Of a DNA stretch of 64,000 nt, positions 9,084 through 19,549 are shown in pieces. Each line of letters begins with the position of its first letter. Positions within the stretch are counted from its first letter, which is position 1. The stretch is from Bacteroidota bacterium. Its GTDB lineage: Bacteria; Bacteroidota; Bacteroidia; CAILMK01. A program made the position numbers and the translations under genes. The notes beneath the pieces were generated by a model. The model had not been told where the DNA came from, ran no database searches, and was given only the letters and a program-made list of their open reading frames with translations. The stretch is from positions 15,345 to 79,344 of the forward strand of contig DAIUCM010000002.1 in assembly GCA_036846145.1 (NCBI GenBank), written 5' to 3'.

Positions 9084-10589
9084 TTATCTCCCTCCTCTCC
9101 CACCGCTGGTTCCGCGCCTTGTATCGGGTTTCTGGCCGGCATAAAACCTGTCGGAAATCGCCAGATCGCGGAATTCCGGTAAAATGCCGCTGTTCCAGCC
9201 GCCGCCACGAAATCCTGCACCATCGCCACTTGGATGAGGCCAGTTTTGTACATCTGCATCGCCGGTTTCTTCCAGTTCGCCATTACCCAATTTGCCATCA
9301 AACTGTAAGCCTTTTTCATTTACCGTTACACACATTTCCCAAAGGTTGCCGCTCATTTCCATAGCACCAAAATAGGCTGCGCCGGCTTCTACTCTGCCTG
9401 TAGCGCCGGCCGCAGCAAATCCTGGCCTTAATGCGCCTTGCGGACCGTTGTAACCATGGCTCGCCAATCCTGTGGTTGCATTTCCTTTCTCGGTTACGCC
9501 TTCATTTTCAGCGCCATCATTCTGTAATGTATTCGCATCAATAACTTTATCTGTTCCCCAGGCATATTCTTGCTTTACAGGCACTATTGGACCACGACAA
9601 ATTTTTTCGAACTCAAATTCCGTTAACGGTCGCAAAGCCGACCAATCGAGGTAAGCTGCAAGATCTGCCCAATGGAGGAAATTACACGCGCGGTTTTGGC
9701 CATCATCCTTCGCATCGAAAATATTATCGTTTTTGGAATTGCATGCATATACGGCTGGCCTGGAAGGGGCTTCACCTGGCTCTGAAATAATTATTCCGTT
9801 ACGGTTGGCAAGGAAGCTATTCATAGCGGGTGAGCCTTTAATACCTGCGGGCGATGTTGCGGTGCGCTTTTGCTGCTGCGAATAATTGAGGCAATTCAGG
9901 AAATCGGTGTATTGCTGTTGTGAAATTTCGTACTTCATACAATAAAAACCATTGTAGCCTTTCGGGTAATTTGCAGGAATATCAAGCGCTGGCGCAAATT
10001 TTCCGGTATCATTCAGCATAAAGGAATCTTTACCAACAGGTATTTCCTGGTTAGATGTTATATGGAAAGGTCTGTCGCTATCGCCACGGCGGAAACGGCT
10101 TTGGCTCGCTGCATCGCCAAGGTAAAAAGCGCCCTCATTCACCCAAACCATTTCTATCGCAAAAACCTTAAAATCGTAATTTCCTTTCGGCAGATAGTTT
10201 CCCCAGCTTAGCGTAACTTCTTCATTCTCAATATTTCCCTTGCCATAATTTGCCCGTTTCAGGAAAATGCCTTTTTCATCTGCTGTGGTTTCTACAGAGA
10301 GGTTTTGCGAGGTGAAATGCTCATTCGCATTGTTAGAAATGGTAAGATGTTTCCAGCTGCCATTGGAATTTGTTTCGCGGAATTTCACGAAAATCCAGAC
10401 CGCATCGTGATTATTCGGCGCTTCTGCAGCATCTGATTTCCAGGAATTTTCCCATGAAATAGTAAATTTTATCTGCCTGCTGCCCGTTACAGAAACCTGC
10501 GAAACCTGCACATTATTAGCTTCGGCCACTGAAAATACATTCAGCCACAGGAACACAAAAATGAGCAGGTTTTGCAAGTGTTTCTTCAT
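9084..10589 (-). CDS. formylglycine-generating-enzyme (SUMF1/EgtB/PvdO) family protein with N-terminal beta-sandwich region; secreted
   Basis: 501 aa; signal peptide; FGE-sulfatase signature residues GNLWEMC and FRGGGWNSG near C-terminus; same fold family as GldJ/GldK but no lipoprotein Cys. Confidence 0.65.
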   Translation of the reverse strand: MKKHLQNLLIFVFLWLNVFSVAEANNVQVSQVSVTGSRQIKFTISWENSWKSDAAEAPNNHDAVWIFVKFRETNSNGSWKHLTISNNANEHFTSQNLSVETTADEKGIFLKRANYGKGNIENEEVTLSWGNYLPKGNYDFKVFAIEMVWVNEGAFYLGDAASQSRFRRGDSDRPFHITSNQEIPVGKDSFMLNDTGKFAPALDIPANYPKGYNGFYCMKYEISQQQYTDFLNCLNYSQQQKRTATSPAGIKGSPAMNSFLANRNGIIISEPGEAPSRPAVYACNSKNDNIFDAKDDGQNRACNFLHWADLAAYLDWSALRPLTEFEFEKICRGPIVPVKQEYAWGTDKVIDANTLQNDGAENEGVTEKGNATTGLASHGYNGPQGALRPGFAAAGATGRVEAGAAYFGAMEMSGNLWEMCVTVNEKGLQFDGKLGNGELEETGDADVQNWPHPSGDGAGFRGGGWNSGILPEFRDLAISDRFYAGQKPDTRRGTSGGRGGR

Positions 10590-10626
10590 ACTTTTTTAAA
10601 ATTCGATTTTTTTTGATACTATTATT

Positions 10627-10677
10627 AAACCTGGGGCGTTGCCCCAAGCTGTGTTGTGTAACCCTTTCAGGGTTTGG
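10627..10677. repeat. REP-like palindromic element (GGGGCGTTGCCCC hairpin + GCTGTGTTGTGTAACCCTTTCAGGGTT hairpin)
   Basis: Sequence cctggggcgttgccccaagctgtgttgtgtaaccctttcagggtttgg; same two-hairpin module as REP units flanking the RAYT gene (29705-29838) and at 25531-25615. Confidence 0.6.
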
Positions 10678-10771
10678 TTAGCGTAATTCTTATTCCGGAG
10701 ATATATAAATAAATTACATATAAACCAGCACGAAATCATAGTTTATCTAAAAAATCATTATAATCAAAGTT

Positions 10772-12085
10772 CTATTGTTTAATGAATTTCTGCACGCCAT
10801 TTGCCTGGTCTGCCTTTACATTAATAATGTACAAACCTGCCGGTAAATGCTGTATATTAATTTGCGTAATTGGATTGTTTTCAACATTTTGCTGCATCAC
10901 AACTTTGCCGCTTATATCTGTAACAGTAATTATTGCATTGGTTAAATTCTCAGCCCCAATATACAAAGTATTTTTTGCCGGGTTTGGATATGCGTTCACC
11001 AATAAATTGCCTTTACTTGATGATTTCTGGATACCAACAGTTGAGCGGTAATCTACAGCAATGGCCTCGGGTGAAACACCTACAGCAAATGTATCAATCA
11101 TCTCGCCCATTGTATTAAAAATGTATGTTTCGCCGGTGCTTGCATAATTGGTAGCGCTTACGTAAAACAGGTTATTTAAAGTATCAATTGCTGCGCCGGA
11201 AATGAAATTACTGAAAGTGCTTATACCCGGTATTTTGTTATAATTTACCAGTAACTGCTGGCTGAAAGCATCGCCTTCAATATCGTAATAACCAATGCCG
11301 CTATAACCGAAATCCATAAATACTTTATTATCATCTAAGCCAACACCAAAGCCGCTCGGGTAAGAATTGTAACCGATTTTGTGCGTTAAAGCGCAGGTTG
11401 CAACATTGTAAGTTGTAATAACATTTCGCTTGCTGTTAACGGCATAAACGTTTGTGCCATCGGTAAAAATACGGCCAATCTGCGCGCCGAGCGTATCCAG
11501 CATTATTTCGCGTTTCAGCTGCATGTTAACCAGGTCAATTACAGCAATGGTTCCGGTATCTTTATTGTACGGGCCGGCAACCGCAACATACGCTGTATCG
11601 CCAACAACTACAATGCCTGCAGCCTGGTCCGAAATTCCTGTTATAGTAAAAGCCTCGGTGAGATCTGTGTTGTTATACACTTTTACAAAATCGCTGCCTG
11701 CGCCATAACCGCGCGTTGCAATTACATAATTTTTGTACGTGGCCAGGTACGAAAGCCCGGTTGTGGATTTTGGTGTAACAGCCATGCGTGTATGATTATC
11801 AATATCATACTTTACCAGCAAAGTATCGGCAGTTAAATAAGTGAATTTGCCATCGGTAATAACTGTTTTTGTAGAGGCTGCGCGTATTGAATCAAAAACG
11901 GTATAAACCTTGGTATTTGGATTATATGCGCCGATACGAACATAATTGTTTGGGTTGCCGAACTGGCCTCCGCTGGCAACTATAACCTGGTTTGTTTTGA
12001 AGCTTTGTGCCGTAGCTGTTGGAAATGGTAAAAGTAAAACAAGCGCAAATACCGCCTGTAAAAGTAATGTAGCAATACGATTCAT
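10772..12085 (-). CDS. T9SS type-A CTD secreted protein (beta-propeller-like body)
   Basis: 437 aa; signal peptide; C-terminus NAYPNPAKNTLYI......ITVTDISGKVVMQQNV......INIQHLPAGLYIINV = Por_Secre_tail. Confidence 0.65.
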   Translation of the reverse strand: MNRIATLLLQAVFALVLLLPFPTATAQSFKTNQVIVASGGQFGNPNNYVRIGAYNPNTKVYTVFDSIRAASTKTVITDGKFTYLTADTLLVKYDIDNHTRMAVTPKSTTGLSYLATYKNYVIATRGYGAGSDFVKVYNNTDLTEAFTITGISDQAAGIVVVGDTAYVAVAGPYNKDTGTIAVIDLVNMQLKREIMLDTLGAQIGRIFTDGTNVYAVNSKRNVITTYNVATCALTHKIGYNSYPSGFGVGLDDNKVFMDFGYSGIGYYDIEGDAFSQQLLVNYNKIPGISTFSNFISGAAIDTLNNLFYVSATNYASTGETYIFNTMGEMIDTFAVGVSPEAIAVDYRSTVGIQKSSSKGNLLVNAYPNPAKNTLYIGAENLTNAIITVTDISGKVVMQQNVENNPITQINIQHLPAGLYIINVKADQANGVQKFIKQ

Positions 12086-12513
12086 TATATTAATTTCAGT
12101 TTAAAAGCATTTTTTGTGCTATGGAGATATGGAAAACCGAAATAAGGAAACGCCGCTTTTGCTAATGAAAAAATATTGCCGGCACTGCCAAAATCTCGCT
12201 GCTCCACTCCCCGGAAGCATATGAAATAAAAAGTTTTAGCAAGGGCAGGTCTTCTGGCTTACCTCGTTTTCTTCGTGCCTTCCCATCCAATTTATACAGC
12301 GGACAGTGGCTAAGGGGTTGAAGAAAAATATGCTCTTTTTTAAGGAGCATGAAGGCTTACAGCAGCGGGGACTGCTCCGGATTTCCACCGGATTCCCATT
12401 TTAAGGCATACAGTTTTTATACAATATTGCCACCAATGCTGCTGCAAAGTTAAAGTATTTTTTGTATGTTTGATATATGGCTTCCGCCAAAAAGCCATTG
12501 CCAAACCAAAACT

Positions 12514-15324
12514 ATGAACCAAACTGCCTTTGTTAAACGTGTAGCATTGCTGTGCTTCTGCCTGATATTTTCAGCAAAGCTGGGCGCGCAAAGCTATAAT
12601 TTATGGCCTTTTGAGCAAGGATTGCTGGATTTTTCTATCGATCCGCCAACATTTATTAACGGTAAATTTGATAACCATACCGGCGGCCCTGCACTCTCTA
12701 TTGCAGATTCAGCCGGAAAATTGATATTCTACTCTGACAGAACTGATATTTTTAACAAGTTTAGTAAAAGGATGGATTCCGCTGCCTATATGCACCTGAT
12801 GAACTCAAGACAGGGAATGGTTGCTTTTCCATCGCTGCAACGGCCAGGCAATTACATATTTGTGTTTTGTGGAGAGGAAACGCATGGCAATGTTGAATTT
12901 GGATATCAAAAAGAGGATTTTTATACTTTGGGCTACTACGAAATTGACCCAAAACTGGATAATGATTCCGGTAATGTAACAAGGAAACGCTTTACAAATA
13001 TTGATAAACGGCCGTTTAGTAAAATAACATTGGTGCGGATGCCAAATGGTGCCGGTTACTGGCTTGTGGGAAGATACAAGGAAAATCTGTATGCCTTTCC
13101 ATACACAAAATCAGGTTTTGGAAAGGCTGTTGTTAGCGAAATCGGAAGTGAAAGTCTCCAGGGAAACCTGAAAGCATCGCACGATGGAAAGTATTTTGTA
13201 GAATGCGACGGAATTATTTATCATTATGATTTTGACCTCAAAACAGGAAAATTCTCTAATCAGGAATTATTACCAGTTGCAGGCAAATTTAATGCTTACG
13301 ATGTTGCTTTCTCGCCAAACGATTCGCTGTTTTACGTTATTGATATCACAAAAGTCAGCGCTTCTGTAAAAATAATACAATATCAACGCTACAGCAATAA
13401 CCATGAAGCGACAAATAAAGAGCTGTTTATTAATGATTATTATTTTTACAAAGATTGGTATGATCCAATAACCGACGAAACAAAAGATACATTGATGTCT
13501 TTGAGCGCGAATTTGGGAAGTGGTAGCTCTTATCGGGGCATCTCCGGGATACAACTGGCGCCAAACGGAAAGATATATTTTGTGTGCGCACCCAATTCCT
13601 ATAAAAACAACGAGCGGCAAACTTACCTGGGCGAAATTTCGTATCCCAATAAAATTGGCTTCGATTGCAAGATCAATCCACGCGCATACAGTCTTAATAT
13701 TTACACCCAGGAAGGGTTTACCGGCCTTCCTTTCGCTATGTATGAGCCGGGTAAATTTCCTTTATTTTCTTATACTATAAGCTGCAACAGCATATTGTTT
13801 AAAAATTTATCGCATACAGATTTTAAAAATTTCACCTGGTATTTTGGCGATGGCGACAGCCTTGTAAAAAATGATTTTGCGGATGTTTCGCATCAATACA
13901 AAACAGGCGGCAGGTTTCGCGTAAGGTTAAAAGCGCAAATGGCAAACGGTTATACAGCCTGGTTTTCAGATTCGCTGTTTTATTATCCCAATTCGGTAAA
14001 ATCTGTAAATATAAAAGTAAGCGATAACATCAGCTGCCAATATACTTTGTCCGGTTTCCGGGCGCAGATAAACCAAGACACGGTTGATGCTGCTACCGGT
14101 GCTTTTTATGCATGGGACTTTGGCGACGGCAACACCAAAGTTGTACGCAATGATAGCCTTGTAAAACATCGCTACACCAAAACGGGCATATATACAGTTT
14201 CGCTAAAATACTTCAATGGTTTCTGTACGCAAAACGCTGTGCTGCAAAAAGCCATTAACATTATTCCGGCGCCAAAACCGGGTTGTAGTATTTCACAAAA
14301 GGCAGGCTGCGCTCCCTTAACTGTTTCCGTAACTGATAATGCTAAAGGAAATATTGTAAAGCGCTGGTACACATTTGGTAACGGGCAAACAGATAGCGCT
14401 GCCAGCCCAACCGCCATATATACAAAGCCCGGAAAATACTTCATTGTGCAAAACCTGGTTAGCGAAAACGGCTGCCATACGCAGGATTCTGTGCTGATAA
14501 CCATTTACCGTGGTTTTTCCGCTGCCGATACGGTACATATTGTTAATGTAACCGTTAGCGATAATAAGCCATATATCTACTGGCAGAAAAATGCTTTTGC
14601 ACGTAATTATGTACTTTCTCGCAAAGCTGAAAATGATACTGCTTTTACTGCCATTGCAAACTTTCGTGGTAACGGGATTTATATAGATTCTACTGCTGAT
14701 GTACAAGCCCATAGCTACACTTATAAAATAAAAGCCGAAGATAGCTGCGGAAATATTTCAGAAAATGGACGAAGCGGAAAAACCATTTTACTACAGGTAA
14801 GTGAAACAGATATAAACTACATGCAATTAAAATGGAATAGCTACAAAGGCTGGGCTTCCGGTGCAGAAAATTACAAACTTTCATTCCACCATGGCGATAC
14901 AGCATGGCGAACCATACAAAAACGTAAAGATACCATGTTTTTGCACCCCGATTATGCTGAATTCGGGCAAACACATGCCTGTTATTACATACAAGCCAAA
15001 GCCCGCAACGATACTTTCACCAGCAACAGCAATAAAGTATGCCTTCCTTTAAAACCGGTTTTCTTTATTCCCAACGCTTTTACGCCAAATGCCGATGGGC
15101 TGAATGATGTTTTCAAAGTTTTTGCCATTGGAGTAAGCGATTTCGAAATGCATATTATTACAAGAGATAACGCCCATGTTTTTAGTGCGTATAATATGAA
15201 TGAAGGCTGGGATGGATTTTTTAGAGGAGAATTGCTTGCCGAAGAGGAATATGTTTATTTTATAAAAGCGCTTACTAAAGATGGCTGGGTTTACCGTAAA
15301 GGCTTTGTAATGCTGCTGCGATAA
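12514..15324 (+). CDS. T9SS type-B C-terminal sorting domain protein with PKD domains
   Basis: ORF 12466-15324; likely start at MNQTAF (12514) giving signal peptide; PKD-like W(Y/D)FGDG(D/N) motifs x3; C-terminus FFIPNAFTPNADGLNDVFKVF....EGWDG = gliding-motility-associated CTD. Confidence 0.75.
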   Translation: MNQTAFVKRVALLCFCLIFSAKLGAQSYNLWPFEQGLLDFSIDPPTFINGKFDNHTGGPALSIADSAGKLIFYSDRTDIFNKFSKRMDSAAYMHLMNSRQGMVAFPSLQRPGNYIFVFCGEETHGNVEFGYQKEDFYTLGYYEIDPKLDNDSGNVTRKRFTNIDKRPFSKITLVRMPNGAGYWLVGRYKENLYAFPYTKSGFGKAVVSEIGSESLQGNLKASHDGKYFVECDGIIYHYDFDLKTGKFSNQELLPVAGKFNAYDVAFSPNDSLFYVIDITKVSASVKIIQYQRYSNNHEATNKELFINDYYFYKDWYDPITDETKDTLMSLSANLGSGSSYRGISGIQLAPNGKIYFVCAPNSYKNNERQTYLGEISYPNKIGFDCKINPRAYSLNIYTQEGFTGLPFAMYEPGKFPLFSYTISCNSILFKNLSHTDFKNFTWYFGDGDSLVKNDFADVSHQYKTGGRFRVRLKAQMANGYTAWFSDSLFYYPNSVKSVNIKVSDNISCQYTLSGFRAQINQDTVDAATGAFYAWDFGDGNTKVVRNDSLVKHRYTKTGIYTVSLKYFNGFCTQNAVLQKAINIIPAPKPGCSISQKAGCAPLTVSVTDNAKGNIVKRWYTFGNGQTDSAASPTAIYTKPGKYFIVQNLVSENGCHTQDSVLITIYRGFSAADTVHIVNVTVSDNKPYIYWQKNAFARNYVLSRKAENDTAFTAIANFRGNGIYIDSTADVQAHSYTYKIKAEDSCGNISENGRSGKTILLQVSETDINYMQLKWNSYKGWASGAENYKLSFHHGDTAWRTIQKRKDTMFLHPDYAEFGQTHACYYIQAKARNDTFTSNSNKVCLPLKPVFFIPNAFTPNADGLNDVFKVFAIGVSDFEMHIITRDNAHVFSAYNMNEGWDGFFRGELLAEEEYVYFIKALTKDGWVYRKGFVMLLR

Positions 15325-15456
15325 AACAAGTAAAAATCTGCATATATAATGGTGTTGAAAAATGCTTATTATCTGTGGATAAAACATTTTGCAGTTTCCG
15401 CTTTATGAACATACCTTTGTAAGGTCAAAAGGAAAAATGTATAAAAACCCAACCTT

Positions 15457-15720
15457 TTGAACTTTTTGATCGTCTTATTCATTATACAGGCCTCAACAAA
15501 TACCCAAATGATCGAGAGTAAATCTACACCCAATAAATTCCGCCCGATTTCTTACAGCAGCATAAAACCTGCAACCTTATCGGAAACCCGCGTTTCTATA
15601 CAGAACGAGTTCGGAAAAGAAATTCGTTCAATTAACTTTAGCAGCCGCGAAGATGGTATTGTAGAAATAGAAATGCTGGATGTTGCGGAAGCAGTTCCTT
15701 TCAGCTTTACGAGAGGATAA
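15457..15720 (+). CDS. small hypothetical protein (start may be 15508)
   Basis: 87-aa ORF followed immediately by an intrinsic terminator; palindromic motif half-site ~100 nt upstream. Confidence 0.3.
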   Translation: MNFLIVLFIIQASTNTQMIESKSTPNKFRPISYSSIKPATLSETRVSIQNEFGKEIRSINFSSREDGIVEIEMLDVAEAVPFSFTRG

Positions 15721-15748
15721 ACGAAGCACATACAAATAAACGCAAAAA

Positions 15749-15780
15749 AGGCAGGATTTTTTTATCCTGCCTTTTTCGTT
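15749..15780 (+). terminator. rho-independent terminator
   Basis: aaaaaaggcaggat-ttttttat-cctgcctttttcg: 8-bp GC-containing stem, T-run. Confidence 0.7.
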
Positions 15781-16146
15781 TTCGGGGTGCGAACCAAGCA
15801 ACCCCGAACTGAACCAGAAACCAAACAAACCTAAATCATTGCAATAGATGTTTCAACAACTATGCCATAAATTGGTGAGCGTGGTTTTATTTTATAAAGA
15901 TTTTTTTTCCGAACAAAAACGCCCTGCCGGTTTTAGTATAAACCGAGAGCAAGAATTTTAAGGGCGCTCCCGTAATCCAAATTTTTCCTATTTTAACCTA
16001 TCAAGCCATACCGCGCCCTTTTTTGCTCTGTTTATCAGCTGCTTATATTTGGCAGCAACATCGTGCAACTTAAAGTTTAGTCTAATTCCCTGGTTTTGCC
16101 AATTCACAAAATCACTTAAAGCATTATTTTTTTCCTGCCAAAGCAG

Positions 16147-16803
16147 ATGAAAATATTATCTTTACCACAAAAATTGCACAAGCCAATGTTTACAGCCCGT
16201 TTTATTGCTTTCGTATTTTCTGCTGCCGTTTTATTTTCCGCATGTAATTCCGGATCATCAAATCCCGATAGCGCTAAACAGCAGCAGGCTTCCGTATCGT
16301 TAGAATCTTTCTTTGCAGAATTTCCGCAGGTAAATTTACCGGTAACACTGCCTGAAATGCAGGAGCCGCAAACCAAAAGTTTAAGCAACAGCACTATAAA
16401 GCAAATATTCGCCAAAAGCGGTTACAGGCCGGCAATAGGCAACAGTAAAGATGTACCCGACCTGGCCGATAACGCCGAGAGCGCGAAATATTTTGCGGAA
16501 GGAATTTTTCGTACCGATGCTTTTACAGCGGTTATTATACGAAAAACCGATGATGGCGATACATACTATTACCTGAGCACATTCGATTCCAAAGGGCAGT
16601 TTATAGATGGCATGTGCGTAGCTTTTGACCTGGATGGTGAAATTAGCCGTATAGCATCCATAAACGATGATTATTCCATACAAATTGGCCAGGCAGAGAA
16701 AACCAATGGCGCCGCAAGCGCACAAACCAGAGTGTTCTTCGAGCTGCTTGAAGACGGCCATATAAACTCGCTGAGCAATAACGCTGCAAACGCCCCGGTG
16801 TAG
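16147..16803 (+). CDS. hypothetical lipoprotein
   Basis: 218 aa; lipobox ...AAVLFSAC NSGSS. Confidence 0.5.
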   Translation: MKILSLPQKLHKPMFTARFIAFVFSAAVLFSACNSGSSNPDSAKQQQASVSLESFFAEFPQVNLPVTLPEMQEPQTKSLSNSTIKQIFAKSGYRPAIGNSKDVPDLADNAESAKYFAEGIFRTDAFTAVIIRKTDDGDTYYYLSTFDSKGQFIDGMCVAFDLDGEISRIASINDDYSIQIGQAEKTNGAASAQTRVFFELLEDGHINSLSNNAANAPV

Positions 16804-16853
16804 CCCAATTTATTTTTGGGCAAAAGGTAATATGCAGATAATCCGCTAAAACT

Positions 16854-17195
16854 CTATTTTTTCAGGCCTAACATACCATATATTAGGTTCAGCACCCAAA
16901 TTAGTATACCCAGTAAAATAGCCGGCAGAAAACCCGTTATTTCAAAACCATCTACAAAATAATCTACCAGTAAAATTACCAGTGCGTTTACAATAAGCAG
17001 GAACAAGCCCAGCGTAAGCACAGTAATGGGCATGGTTAAAATTTTAAGTATTGGCTTAACAATAAAGTTGGCCGCACCCAGCAAAACACCGGCAATTACA
17101 GCAGCCCAAACACCTGTAAGCTGCACACCTTCAATAATCAGCGAGCCTATATAGAGCGATAAGGCATTCAGCAGTAAAGAAATAATAAGCGACAC
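16854..17195 (-). CDS. phage-holin-family (PF04020-like, 4-TM) small membrane protein
   Basis: 113 aa, four TM helices, sequence pattern LIISLLLNALSLYIGSLI..GV......AVIAGVLLGAAN..VKPILKILT.PIT..TLGLFLL..NALV..LV typical of the DUF360/phage holin 4 family. Confidence 0.6.
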   Translation of the reverse strand: MSLIISLLLNALSLYIGSLIIEGVQLTGVWAAVIAGVLLGAANFIVKPILKILTMPITVLTLGLFLLIVNALVILLVDYFVDGFEITGFLPAILLGILIWVLNLIYGMLGLKK

Positions 17196-17431
17196 TGTTT
17201 AGGATTTTTTAAGGTTTTGAATGAAAACGCAAGTTTAGGTAATTGGTTGATTTGGTGAAATTATATGAAGCATTTTTTGCAGTTTGTATATATGAAAATA
17301 TTTATTTGAAGGTATTTCATAATAGTTTTACAGAAATGTTGTGCTTAACCAGCTAGTTTGGATGGACTGCCGCTATAGATTTAATGATAGCTAACGACAA
17401 AGCATTTTACTAAATTTTATACTCAGGGGAA

Positions 17432-17764
17432 ATGAATTTACAAAATTCCTTATTTATTTGGTGGAAAAACGTACAAGTGGGTCAACTGAAAAATCCCATA
17501 CTTGATATGGGCTATATTGAAGGAATTTGGCAACCAAATATTAACGATTTTGCTAAAGAATTTACTATTAAAGCCGGAAAGCTTGTTCCTAAGCAGGTAA
17601 TAATTAACCCTGCAAAAGGCTTCAGAATTAAATTTAGCGATGTATTAGCAGATGAACCGACAATTCATGCCTATGTATTAGAACTTAAAAATGGAATTTT
17701 ATTGATAAAAATGGTGTCAGATAATGATTCTGTAGAAGGCTTAATTAAAACTGTGCCCGAATAA
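17432..17764 (+). CDS. hypothetical protein
   Basis: 110-aa ORF, no recognisable motif. Confidence 0.35.
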   Translation: MNLQNSLFIWWKNVQVGQLKNPILDMGYIEGIWQPNINDFAKEFTIKAGKLVPKQVIINPAKGFRIKFSDVLADEPTIHAYVLELKNGILLIKMVSDNDSVEGLIKTVPE

Positions 17765-18040
17765 TAAAATGCATACAAATTTATAAAATTATCGGCAATG
17801 AGAAATTGAGCGAACGAGTGAATATTTAAAGTAGTCGTAGGGATCGTTTTCAATTTTATAAAGGCATTCTTTGAGGTTTATATATATGTGAAACTGATTG
17901 TATAAAAGTAATTTTTGGCAATTTTACAATTGTCCTGCATAAAACCCTGTTTTGTAGGATATTCAAGCAATAGTAACAAAGAAAAACATTAACAATGCGA
18001 GTAACTGAGAGTTATATGCCGATTTTAAAATTACTATACC

Positions 18041-18984
18041 ATGGAAAATATAACAGATAATACCTTTAAAAAGTATATCCCAGTTTTCACAGCAATTTGC
18101 TGTTTAACGAGCATCATTTTATTTATTGGAATTAATCTGGAAGAAAACCTCGATACATGGGATGTATATAAAAAATGGGGAGCACCGTCTGTAACTGATA
18201 TTTTTAATGGCGATTATTGGGGAATTATAACTTCAAATTTTTTACACACTGAATATGGCACATTGCCTTCAACCTGTATTGGCTTTGGGTATTTGGAAGA
18301 AAGATTGAGTTTGAAACCCAAAAGACATTTTATATCTTCCTAATATTGACATCTGCATTGGTAAGTTCATTGGCTCAACTTGCATTTTCCGATTCATCAG
18401 GAATAGGATTATCGGGTATAGGGTATGCCTTATTCGGGTTTATATATGTAAAGCGCAGTTTATCAGACGCGTACAGGAATTTCCTGGATAAAAAGACAAT
18501 CAATTTATTTCTGTTTTGGTTGGTACTGTGCATCGTTTTAACAAGTACAGGTGCATGGGCCGTGGGTAATGCTGCTCATATTGGCGGGCTGCTCTGGGGA
18601 GTTATAATTGCTTACACGTCAAAGTATAATAAATATATGCAATTGTTAAGCGGATCTGTTTATATAGCACTATTGATAATTTTAATTTTTTACAGCCCGC
18701 TTTCAACTTCTTATCTTTCATACAAAGCATATGATCTGCATCAGCACCAAAAGGTTAATGAAGCTATGGAAGTTTATAAAGAAATTCTCAAACGAAAACC
18801 GGGCAGTGAATTTGCCAAAGAGAATTTAAAACAACTTGAGCTGCACCTTTTACAGGAAGAAGCCTTTAAGCTACATACAAATCAAAAATATATTGAAGCA
18901 CGGCAACTTTACATAAAAATATTAAGTATTGACAATGAAAACGAGTGGGCAAAAGAAGGTTTAAGCAGGCTTTCGAGCGAATAA
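18041..18984 (+). pseudogene. rhomboid-family intramembrane serine protease with C-terminal TPR region, interrupted by a frameshift near 18248-18256
   Basis: ORF1 (18041-18343) carries ITSNFLH; the next frame continues IWHIAFNLYWLWVFGRKIE... (rhomboid HxxxN / WLWxFG), then GLSGIGYALFG (GxSG catalytic Ser) and NAAHIGGLLWG (catalytic His); the two ORF-track pieces 18041-18343 and 18346-18984 are in different frames. Confidence 0.7.
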
Positions 18985-19137
18985 AATCTGTGTCAAAATT
19001 TGGCGCGTTATAATTCTGGAAGATTGTAGCATTTCGGTTCAATCCTTTTAACTAAATTAAAGGTTCTCCATGCTGCCGGCTGAAGGAGCTGTATGATTAA
19101 ACAGAAAATTGGTTACAATACTTAACAAAAAAAGGAA

Positions 19138-19380
19138 ATGGTGAAGCCTGGCGATTTTATTCCTGTAGAATTATTGAAAGGCAAAACAACAGATCATAAA
19201 ACGAAGAAAAAAAGTGAATCTGATCTGTTCCGGCGAATAACTGATTATGATACTGAATTTATACGAGAACGGGAAAGAAATGGCGCTTATCTGATATATT
19301 ATATAGATACAATTCCGGTAAATGAGTTGCCAAAAGATTTTTCTAAACTAACTGCTTCTGATTTTTACAGGTTAAAATAG
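19138..19380 (+). CDS. small hypothetical protein
   Basis: 80-aa ORF, Lys/Glu-rich. Confidence 0.3.
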   Translation: MVKPGDFIPVELLKGKTTDHKTKKKSESDLFRRITDYDTEFIRERERNGAYLIYYIDTIPVNELPKDFSKLTASDFYRLK

Positions 19381-19549
19381 ATGCAGAAAAGGCATTGCAG
19401 ACAGTTTTTGGAATGTACTTCTACATACCGTTTATGACAACATACAGGTATATGACTCAACTTTTTTAATGACCAAAGGAGGGAAATATTCATTTCTATC
19501 GCGAACTTCTAAAAACACTTCAACTGAGTATGACGGTTATAAAATGCTT

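Noticed and set aside
9071-9319. 82-aa minus-strand ORF overlapping the 3' end of the FGE-family gene
   Set aside because: It is out of frame with the FGE-like CDS, entirely nested within it, and has no features.
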